Origin: Scenedesmus sp. PABB004
Taxonomy: Eukaryota
Length of the DNA: 64,000 bases
Direction of reading: 5' to 3'
Assembly (NCBI GenBank): GCA_014905635.1
Contig: JABVCE010000036.1
Coordinates: 186,001 to 250,000, forward strand
Positions 45,582 to 54,539 of this stretch are shown here, piece after piece (the stretch's first letter is position 1; each line of letters opens with the position of its first letter). The position numbers and the translations under genes were made by a program. The notes under the pieces were generated by a model. The model was given only the letters and a program-made list of their open reading frames with translations, searched no databases and was not told the DNA's origin.

Positions 45582-47177
45582 ATGGCTTCGGCGCTGGCAC
45601 ATCGCCAGGCCGCGGGCGCGGCGGGCTGCGGCAGCAGAGCCGATGCCCGGCTGCGCGCGGCCGCGCCCGCGGCCTGCGGCGGCCAGCGGCCCGCCCGCGC
45701 TGTCCACACGGGCCCCGTGGCGCGGCCGCAGCAGCAGCAGGGCAGCCACGCGAGGTGGGGGCGCGGGCGGCGCGGCGCGGCGGCGCGCTGCTGTCGATCA
45801 CTCGGCGCCTCACCAGCGCACGCCCGCGCAGGCTGCTGGCGCCGCTGCAGGCGCGGCGGCGGTCGCCGGTGATCGCGCCCGACATAACGTCGGGCATGGG
45901 CGACGAGCAGGTGCGCCGCCGCCGGGCCGCGCGGCGCAGCTGCTGCCGCGCGGCGGCCGCCGGGCTCTGGCTCAGCCTCGCCGGCAGCGCTCCGTGTGCA
46001 CCGCGCCGGCGTCGCCGCAGCGCGGGCGCCCGCACGCTCACCGCCGCTGCCGCCCCACGCCGCCGCCGCCGCGGCCGCTGCCGCGCGCAGTCGTTCACTG
46101 ACCTGTTCAACTACCTGCTGCGCCAGCGCATCATCTTCCTCTCCGGCTACGTCAACGACAAGGTGCGCGCGCGCGCATGCGTGTTTGGGAGGGCGCAGGG
46201 GCGGCACGCAGGGCGCGCAGCGCAGTGCCCCGCCCACGCGCACGGCCCCCCGCCGCGCCGCCGCGCCGCCGCGCCGCCGCCGCGCAGCTCGCGACGCAGG
46301 TGGTGGGCAGCCTGCTGGCGCTGGAGGCGATGGACGAGGAGGCTGAGATCCGCATGTATATCAACAGCCCCGGCGGCACGCCCTACAGCGTGCTCGGCGT
46401 GGTCGACGCGATGCAGGCGGTCAAGCCGCCCATCCAGACGGTCGCGCTCGGCGCGTGCTACAGCTACTCCAGCCTGCTGCTCGCCGCGGGCACCAAGGGG
46501 CGGCGGTTCAGCATGAAGAACACGCGCATCATGATGACGCAGCCAATGGGTGCGCGCCCGCGCCCCCGCGCCGCGGCACCGCCCTCACCTTGCTGCCGCA
46601 CCCGCCGCCGCCGCGTCAACAGCGCCCGCGCCTGCGCGCCGGCGCGCGCGCGCGCGCCGCCCACGAACCAACGGCGGCCGCCCGCCGCGCGCGCTCTGCG
46701 CGCCGCCGCGCAGGCGGCAGCCAGGGCGACATCTACGCCATCGCGGAGACGGTCAAGGAGCTCAACGCGATCTACCAGGTGCGCCTGCAGCAGCGGCGGC
46801 GGCGCCCGGCGGGGGCGCGGCACCCCCGCCCGCCGGCGCCGCCGCCCGCGCCGACCGCCCACGCCCGCGCCGCCGCCGCCGCCCGCGCCGACCGCGCACC
46901 CCCCCCCCCCCCCGGTCCGCCCGCGCCCCCCGCGCAGCTGTTTGCGCGGTACTACATGAGGTGCAGCGGCATGTCGGCCGACGCGGTCGAGGCGGCAACG
47001 TGCCGCGACACGTTCATGACGCCCGAGCTCGCGGTCGACGCGGGGCTGATCGACGCCGTCATCCCCGCGCCGGGCGACAACGTCACGCCGCCCGCGGTCG
47101 TGCGGCAGCTGGAGGAGCTCGGCTTCGTCGACCGCCTCAGCGCGCCGCTGCTCGGCGCGAGCGGCGCGCGCCTGTGA
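45582..47177 (+). CDS. Plastid Clp protease subunit, probably non-catalytic ClpR (ClpR6-like), 6 exons
   Basis: DLFNYLLRQRIIFLSGYVND, IRMYINSPGG, TVALGACYSYSSLLLAAGTKGRRFSMKNTRIMMTQPMGG, RDTFM, GLIDAVI. The catalytic His position (IHQP) reads MTQP. Transit peptide present. Confidence 0.9.
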
Positions 47178-47242
47178 GCGGCGCGCGCCTGCGAGGCGCC
47201 GCGCGCGGGGCTCGAGCGGGGCCGTGCGGCGGGCGCCGGCGC

Positions 47243-47286
47243 TGTAACCTTCCTGGCCAAGGCCGGGTGCGCCGCGGCCAGTTACA
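47243..47286. promoter_or_regulatory. Convergent pair of TGTAA poly(A) signals
   Basis: TGTAA on + at 47243-47247 (Clp gene) and on - at 47282-47286 (Cys-rich gene). Confidence 0.6.
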
Positions 47287-47626
47287 CGGCGGGGCGGTCA
47301 GCGTCCGCCCACCCCCCAGCCTGCGAGTCGTCAGTCAGTGCAGCCGCTGCTGCGCCGTCGGGGCGCGCGCGCGCATGGGGAGGCTGGGAGCCACGCACCC
47401 AGGCGGAGGAGGGAGCCTGCTCAACAGAGCCGCCCCGCCGCCCGCTTTTGCAGCGGGGCAGGAGAGCGCGGCCTGGGCGCAACGGGGGGCGACCGATCAC
47501 GCCTGTGCAGTGCAGTCAACAGTCTGTCATTCTCCAGAGCCCGTCATTTGGCGGCGCCGCAGCCGCGCAGCACGCATTCACGCGTCAAGCAGGCCTCGCA
47601 CAGCAGCGTGGGGTGCCCGAGCGCGC

Positions 47627-48321
47627 TCAGTTGGCCGGCGTGCAGATGCCGTCAAAGCAGACGGACGGCGGAGTGAGCGTGGCGTTGCAGACGGTGCCGT
47701 TGCGCACAGGTGCCGTGGTGCTGCAGCCGACGCGGCCACGGATGCAGCCCGCGCCGACGTTGCAGACAGGCACCGGCGCGCACACGGCGTCCGCGCCGCC
47801 GGGCGAGTAGGTCTCTGCGCGCGCGGCGGGCGGGCGGGCGGTCAGCACTCGCTCACTCGCAGCGCGGCGGCGGCGCAGCGCTCCGAGGCGCAGCGCTCAC
47901 TCGGGCCGCAGCGCTTGCACGACTTGCCCCCGAAGCCGGGCTTGCAGGGCCCCGTCGGCGTGCACGGCGCGCGGCCGCCGGGCGACCACTGGCCGTCGTC
48001 GCACTTCTTGCAGATCGCCAGCTGCAGCTGGCTGGGCCCGGTGCCGTAGCCGGGCGCGCAGTTGCAGCACAGGAACAGCGTGACGTTCGGGGACGAAGAG
48101 AAGCACTGCGCACAGCCCGGCATGTTCGTCAGGACCTCACACTCCGGCCCGCTGCGCGTGTCGCTTCCGCACGCGCCCATCGGGGGTGTGGGCTTGGGGC
48201 TCGGCGAGGGCTTGGGCTTGGGGTGCGAGTTGAGCAGGGAGCGCTGGCCCGCCGCCGGGCCAGCCAGCAGCAGCACCAGCGCCGCCGCGGCGCCGCAGAG
48301 GCGCATGGTCACGGCCGTCAT
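47627..48321 (-). CDS. Small secreted Cys-rich protein with SP/KP-rich linker, 2 exons
   Basis: Signal peptide MRLCGAAAALVLLLAGPAAG, then PKPKPSPSPKPTPP, then repeats CKKCDDGQWSPGG and CKRCGPK|TYSPGG (GCC2/GCC3, ephrin-receptor-like style). About 20 Cys. Confidence 0.78.
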
Positions 48322-48745
48322 GGCGGAGAGTTCGGTCGCACCTGCGGCGTGACCAGCGGCGCCGTCGTGCCGCGCAGGACCAACAGCGTGCGTGACCAGG
48401 CTGAGCAGCCTGCTGATGCCGCACTGGCGGCAGGCCCGGCTGCTGCTGGCGGGCGCGCAGGCGCTCGGACGCTCCCAGCTGGTGCTCACGCACCGAGAGG
48501 CAGGCGCCGCGCTCGTTGGAGCAGGGCGCCGAAGGCCGAGCGAAGGCCTCGTGCGCACGATGCCGCCGCGCACAGGCTGCGCTCGATCGACCCGGGGAGG
48601 CGACGGGCAGAGGGGTGTCTGCGGAGAGCGGCTGACCGCGCCGACCGTGCGGAGGCGGCCCGCCGCCGCCATGCGCGGAGAACTGACGGAGCGCGGGTTC
48701 TGCGGGCCGCCGCGGGGTTTCGTGCGGTTGGGCCGGCCTGCCCGC

Positions 48746-51325
48746 TCACGCCGCCCCCGTCACCAGGGCGGCAGAGTGCTGCCGGTGTGCGTCCAGCACG
48801 CGCCGCAGCCGCCGCGCCCACGCGTCGCCGCGCGGCGCGCCCGGCGCCGCAGCCGCCGCGCCCACGCGTCGCCGCGCGCGGCGCACGAAAGCGATCACCT
48901 CCGACCGCCCAAATCGGCAGCGCAGCGCGCACCGCTCCTCCCCGTCCTCCCCGCAGCGTTGCAGGACGTCGCGCACAAACGCGCCGAGGTCGGCGCAGCG
49001 GCTGGGCAGGCGCACGCCGAGCACGGCGCAGCGCGCCGCGAGCGCCGCGCAGACCGCAGGCAGCGGCTCGCCGCCGAGGCGCAGCTCACACGCGCCGCCG
49101 CCGCCGCCGCCGGCCGTGTGGTAGTTGGGGCCGCCCCAGGGTGGGTCGAGGAAGGTGACGTCCTGCCTTCGCAGCTGCCCCAGCAGGCGCACCGCGTCGC
49201 CGCACGCCACCGCCACCGCCGCGCCGCACGCGCCCCGCGGCTCGGCTCGCAGCAGGGCTAGCCGCGACAGCGCGTCGTCGCTCAGCGCCAGCTGCGGCGC
49301 CGCGCCCGCCTGCTGCGGCGGCGCCTCGGCGCCAGGCTGCGCCGCCTGGCCCGCCGCCGCGGCGTGCGCCAGCAGGAGGCCCACGTTGGCGGCCAGGTCC
49401 TCCGCGCGGTCCGGGTCCAGCTCCAGCGCCGTGACGGCGCCGAACGCTGGGCAGCCGAGGAAGCCCGCCGTGCTGCCGCCCGCGCACGCGGTGAGGTCTG
49501 CGACGCTCAGCTGGCCGCGCCGCCGCTCCTGCTGCTGCTCCTCTGACTGCTCCGGCTGCTGCTCCAGCTGCTGCTCCGGCTGCTCCGGCTCCCCCCGCGC
49601 GGTGAGCGCCAGCGCGGCCAGGAGGGCGGCGATGGCAGCGGCGGTGGGGCCGTCGGTCGTGCTGAACGCCGCCACCGCGTCCAGCCGCAGTCGCCGGCGC
49701 ACCGCAAAAGGCAGGCTCGGGAACAGCGCGTCCGCGCGGCCGGTGCACCACGACAGCTGCGCCGGCGGCGCGCCCGGCGCAAGCACCTGGGGCGGGCAGC
49801 GGGCGCGGCTGAGCGCAGGCGCAGCGCGGCAGGCGCGGCGCGCGGGCGCCGACCGCCTGCAGCAGCTGCGCCCCCAACCCCCTCCCTTGGCCCCACGGCG
49901 CACCAGCTGGCCCTGCAGCGCCTCCAGCGCGGCCGCCGCTGCTGCGGCGTCCTGCAGCCACACGCGCGCCCAGCCCCGGCTGCGCCGGCGCTCGCCGACC
50001 GCGGGCGCCACCACGCCGGCCACGCCGTGCGGCGCAAACGCGGCCAGCAGCGCCTGGCGCACGGACGCTGCGGCGCAGGCGCCGGGAATGCAAGACACAA
50101 AGAGGGCCACCGCGTCGCTGCTGCGGGGGCCGCCGCCGCCGCCAGCCTCGTCGCTGCCGTCACCATCGTCGCCGGCCGCCGCCGCTGCCGTCGCTGGCGC
50201 GGCCGCCCGCTGGACGCTGAAGCGCAGTGCTGCCGGCTCGCCCCCGTCCGCGGCGCAGCGCTGCAGCTCCGCCTGCAGCTCCGCGCGGCTCACGTGCGGC
50301 GCGGCGCCGCAGTGGCAGGGCCGGGCGATGCCGACCAGGTGCTGCAGGTGCGCGACGCACGGCCGCGCGTCGAAGGGCGTGTCAGCCCACAGGTGCAGCT
50401 TGGCGCACGCGCCATACGGCAGCGAACGCGGCCAGGCGCCGCCGCCGCTGGCACTGCTGTGCGGCTGCTCCGCCCCCGCCGCGACGGCGTCCAGCAGCCG
50501 CCGACACACCGCGGCCGCCTGCGCCACGGGCACGCCGGCCAGCCTCACCGGCCGCGCGCCGGCCGGCACGGCCGTTGCACCGTGCCGTGGCGGCGCGCCC
50601 ACGCTCCCGCCGCCGGCCGCCGCCGGCTGCTGCGCGGGCGCCCCGCGCGCGGGCGCGGGCCAGGCCGCCCCGAGCTGCTCCAGCAGGGCGCGCAGCTCGC
50701 CGTCGCTGCCGGCCGCCGCCGCGAGCGCCGCCGTGAGCGCCGGGTGCAGGGCGATCGCCGCGCTGCCGGCCGCCGCCTCCGTGCGCCCCACCTCCAGCCG
50801 CAGCGGCACGCCCAGCCTCTCCCAGCGGTGGAACTTGGCGCCCGGCGTGTCCGCGCCGGCGTCGAGCAGCGCCGGCACGCCGCCGGCGTCCAGCAGGGCC
50901 GCCAGGCGCTCGCTCGCCGCAGCGCGGGCGGTGCCGGGCGCAGCTGCTGCTGCTGCATCGTGCCGCCCGGGCGCGCCGCTGGCGTCGGGTATGGGGACGA
51001 TGACCGCCTGGACGCCTGCTGCAGCCGCCAGCTCAGCGTGGCGCACGCAGCGCCGGCCCTCGAGGGCGTTCCAGCACACGACGTCGGCGACCTTTTGCGC
51101 GCGGCGCCGGCGGCCGCCGTCGGCGCTCGCCACCAGCAGCATCGCGGCAGCGCTGCCGGCCCTGCGACAGGTGTGTGTGTGGGGGGGGGGCGGCGGACAG
51201 GGGGCGCACCCTGCCGCCGCGGTTGGGGCCGCTGAGACCCAGAGCAGCGGCGGTCGCGCGGCGCGCGCGGCGAGGGCGCGGCGACCCGTGCGCGGCCCGC
51301 CAGACCGCTGAGGTGCTGCATCCAT
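48746..51325 (-). CDS. Multidomain RNA methyltransferase: ProRS-type anticodon-binding domain + RRM + Tgs (trimethylguanosine synthase)-type catalytic domain, about 3 exons
   Basis: QAVIVPI...LLDAGADTPGAKFHRWERLGVPLRLEVG (class IIa anticodon-binding), LFVSCIP...SRGWARVWLQD (RNP2/RNP1), RLDAVAAFSTT, VADLTACAGGST, VTALELDPDR, CGDAV, DVTFLDPPWGGPNY. In-frame intron 49787-49903. Start is ATG 51325 via an intron, or ATG 51142. Confidence 0.82.
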   Translation of the reverse strand: MDAAPQRSGGPRTGRRALAARAARPPLLWVSAAPTAAAGCAPCPPPPPHTHTCRRAGSAAAMLLVASADGGRRRRAQKVADVVCWNALEGRRCVRHAELAAAAGVQAVIVPIPDASGAPGRHDAAAAAAPGTARAAASERLAALLDAGGVPALLDAGADTPGAKFHRWERLGVPLRLEVGRTEAAAGSAAIALHPALTAALAAAAGSDGELRALLEQLGAAWPAPARGAPAQQPAAAGGGSVGAPPRHGATAVPAGARPVRLAGVPVAQAAAVCRRLLDAVAAGAEQPHSSASGGGAWPRSLPYGACAKLHLWADTPFDARPCVAHLQHLVGIARPCHCGAAPHVSRAELQAELQRCAADGGEPAALRFSVQRAAAPATAAAAAGDDGDGSDEAGGGGGPRSSDAVALFVSCIPGACAAASVRQALLAAFAPHGVAGVVAPAVGERRRSRGWARVWLQDAAAAAAALEALQGQLVRRGAKGGGWGRSCCRRSAPARRACRAAPALSRARCPPQVLAPGAPPAQLSWCTGRADALFPSLPFAVRRRLRLDAVAAFSTTDGPTAAAIAALLAALALTARGEPEQPEQQLEQQPEQSEEQQQERRRGQLSVADLTACAGGSTAGFLGCPAFGAVTALELDPDRAEDLAANVGLLLAHAAAAGQAAQPGAEAPPQQAGAAPQLALSDDALSRLALLRAEPRGACGAAVAVACGDAVRLLGQLRRQDVTFLDPPWGGPNYHTAGGGGGGACELRLGGEPLPAVCAALAARCAVLGVRLPSRCADLGAFVRDVLQRCGEDGEERCALRCRFGRSEVIAFVRRARRRVGAAAAAPGAPRGDAWARRLRRVLDAHRQHSAALVTGAA

Positions 51326-51418
51326 TCCCAGCTCCTCACACGTGGCCGCGCGACCCACCGCGATCTCCGCGCCACCCGCGGGCCGCGCGCTCGGGCAATC
51401 AGGCGCGCCGCGGTCCCC

Positions 51419-52299
51419 ATGCAGCCGCCCGCCGCGGCGCTGCTGCTGGGGCGCGTTCTGCCGCCCCTGGCGTCGCCGGGGTCCGCGCTGGCGGCGCTGT
51501 GGAGCGGGCAGCTCCGCGGCGCGAGCAGCAGCAGCAGCAGCGGCGCGGCCGCCGCTGCCGAGCCGGCGGCGCCGGCGCCGGCTCGGCAGCCGCCCAGCCG
51601 GCACGAGCGCAACGTGGCCAACCTGCGCTTCTGTCAGGAGCGCGCGGCGTGGCGGCGGGCGGTGAAGGAGCTGCGCAAGACGTGGCTCGCGGAGCACCGC
51701 GCGCGTGTCGCGGCGCACCGCGCGAGCGCTGAGGCCGCGCAGCAGCAGGTCGCGCAGCTGCGCCAGCTGCGCGACGCGAGCCGGCAGCAGGACCGGGAGA
51801 AGCAGAAGCTGGAGCGGGAGATCCGCGACGCGCAGCGAGAGGTCGAGACGGTGCGCGGGGCGCGCGGCGGCGGCGGCGCCGGCGGCGGCGGCGGCGGCAG
51901 CTGCGGCGGCGGCTGCGGCAGCAGACGCTGGCGCGCGCGGGACGCGCGAACGCGCACGGGGCGCGTGGACGCGCCCGCGCCTGGCTCGCGCCGCGCCGCC
52001 CCGGCACAACGCGCCCCGCACCGCGGCGCGCGCCGCAGACGGAGCTGCGGCTTCGCTCAGCGCTGCGCGAGGAGCTGCGCCAGCAGACGCTGGCCAAGTT
52101 CAAGGCGGAGCGGTGCGCGGCGGCTGCCAGCGGCCTCGCGAGGGGCAGGTCGCCGCGGCAGCGTGCCCACTGCCGCCGCCGCCCCCGTCGCCCCGCCCGC
52201 AGGCGCGCCGCGCTGCTCGAGGCAAGCCGCGTCTGGGTGCCGCCGGACGCGCTGGCGGCGCGCATCGACGCCGCGCTGGACAACCCAAAGGAGCTGTGA
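51419..52299 (+). CDS. Mitochondrial small ribosomal subunit protein mS26-like, 3 exons
   Basis: Presequence, long charged helix WRRAVKELRKTWLAE, and C-terminal LLEASRVWVPPDALAARIDAALDNP characteristic of mS26. Confidence 0.68.
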
Positions 52300-52458
52300 G
52301 CCGCGGCGCCCGGGGCGGCCTCGAGCGCGCCGCAGCAGCGTGTGACGCTAGCTCGAGGCTCGACCCGCCGTGAGCCCTCGCCGCGACGCTAGCCGGCCGC
52401 CGCCGTTTGTCCCCTCGCTCGCACACGCCCGACCGCGCTGCCCCAACCGCCTGGCCTG

Positions 52459-54271
52459 ATGCTGAGCAGCGCCGCCCGCGCGCTCGCTGCCCGCCCCGCC
52501 GCCGCTGCCACCACCGCCGGCTGGGCCCGCTGGCGAGGCAGCCCGCCGAGCGCGATGAGCAGCAGAGCTCAGGATGCACTGGCGCTCGTGTACACCGGTC
52601 CGCGGCGCGCGCTGCTGCTCACTCCAACGGCCGCCGCCGCTGCGACGCGCCTGCCTGCAAGCCCTGACGCCCGCGTGCTGCAGAGTGGGCGAACAAGCCC
52701 GACTACCTGCGCCTGCTGGCGGAGCGCGGCGTGCCGGTGGTGGACGCCGCCGAGGCCACGGACGAGCAGCTCGCGCGCGTGGCGTTCGCGTGCGTCTGGC
52801 CGCGCCGGTCGCTGCCGGAGCTGCTGGCAAAGGTGGGCGGCGGCGGCCAGCCGGTGGCGGCGCGGCGACCGTCGGCGAGGCCGCAGCGCGCACGGCGCAC
52901 CCCCGCGCGCGCGCAGTGCCCGGGCCTGCGGGTCGTGATGTCGCTCGGAGCGGGCGTGGACGCGCTGCTGGTGCCGGGGCAGGTCCCGCCGGGCGTTCCC
53001 ATCGCGCGCATCGTGAGCACGCGGCGCGTGCGCGCGCGCGGCCGCGGCGGCCCGGCGTGGCGAGCGCGGCGCGGCGCGCCGCGCTGCGCTGCCGCCGCGC
53101 CGCAGGCCGACCCGGTCATGGCTCAGCGCATGGCCACCTGGGTGGTCTGGGGCGTCATCAACTGGCAGCGCCGCATGGACGACTACGCCGACGCGCAGCG
53201 CCGGTGCGTGGCCGGGCGTGCGGCGCAGCGCGCCGGGGTGGAGTTGCCGGTTGGGTGGTGCCGCCGCGTGGGCTGGCGGCCGGCCGGCCGGGGCAGCGCC
53301 GCTCGCCGGTGGCGCCTCGCCGACTCACCGCCCGCTGCCGCCACGGGCGGGCGCCGCAGGTGCAGCTGGGATCTGAGCATCGAGGCGCGTGCCAACCGCG
53401 ACAACTGCGACGTCGCCGTCGGCGTGATGGGCCTGGGTGAGCTCGCGCCGCGCCGCGCCCCCGGCCCCCCACGGCGGCGCGGCCGGCGAGCAACGCGCGC
53501 ACGCGCGGGCCCGCCGCTGCCGCCCTCCGCGGCCGCGGCGCAGGCGTGATGGGCCTGGAGTCGGCGCGCCAGCTGGCGGCGCTCGGGTACAAGGTGTCGG
53601 CGTGGAGCCGCACCACGCGCGGGCACGCGGCCGGCGCCGCGGCGGCGCCCGGCCTGCGGTGCTACGCCGGGCGGGAGCAGCTGCAGGCGTTTGTGAGCGA
53701 GCAGGACGTGCTGGTCTGCCTGCTGCCGCTCACGCCAGACACGCAGGGTGCGCCGCGGGCGGGCCGCGCGCGCGGCGCGGCGCTGCCTCGGCAAGCCTGG
53801 GCGCCGGCCCCCCGGACCCCGCCGCCGCGCGCCGCGCGCAGGCATCGTGGACGCGCAGCTGCTGTCCTGGCTGCGCCCCGGCGGCGCGGTGATCAACGGC
53901 GGCCGCGGCAAGCAGCTGGTGGAGGCCGACCTGCTCGCCGCGCTCGACAGCGGCGCGGTCGGCTCTGCGCTGCTGGACGTGTTTGACCCCGAGCCGCTGC
54001 CGCGCGGCAGCCGCCTGTGGGGCCACCCCCGCGTGCGCATCACGCCCCACGTCGCGAGCATGACCACGCTCGAGGCGCGGTGGCGGCGGCGCGGGCAGCA
54101 GCGCGCGGCGCGCGGCGGCGCCGCGGTGCGGCGGGCGGCAGGCCCGACGCCCGCCGCGCCCGCCGCCCGGCGCAGACAGCGGCCGACCAGATCGCGGCCA
54201 ACTACTTCAGCGTGCTCGCCGGCGGCGGGGTGCTGCCGGCCAACCAGGTGGACCCGGGGCGGGGCTACTGA
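52459..54271 (+). CDS. Glyoxylate/hydroxypyruvate reductase A (GhrA)-like D-2-hydroxyacid dehydrogenase, 8 exons
   Basis: [59 protein letters not shown] and terminal VDPGRGY. Organellar presequence. Last intron 54075-54175 is GC-AG. Confidence 0.93.
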
Positions 54272-54539
54272 CGGCGCCGGGGCGCGGGTGCGGTGCAGCC
54301 GCCAGGGCACAGCGGGGCCCAGCGGTGCTCCCCCGCCGGCGCGGGGCTCGCTTCGCGGGGTGCGCCTGTGTGATCGGGGCAGTCCTGGTGACCTCCCGCG
54401 CAGTGTGGCGAGCTCCCAGCAGCAGCAACGAGGCTGCCGCCCGCACGCTCGTTCCCCTGTCGGGCCCGCGCGGGGTCGCGTGAATCTCAGATCTCTTTCC
54501 GCCGCACGCGCCAGCCAGCCGCCTGGGCGCGGGAGCAGC

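Noticed and set aside
48746..49740. Endogenous giant-virus insertion suggested by the viral-like Tgs motif
   Set aside because: No NCLDV hallmark genes, host-like GC content, introns present and ordinary housekeeping neighbours.
50740..51013. Prolyl-tRNA synthetase gene
   Set aside because: Only the anticodon-binding domain is present. There are no class II catalytic motifs 1-3.
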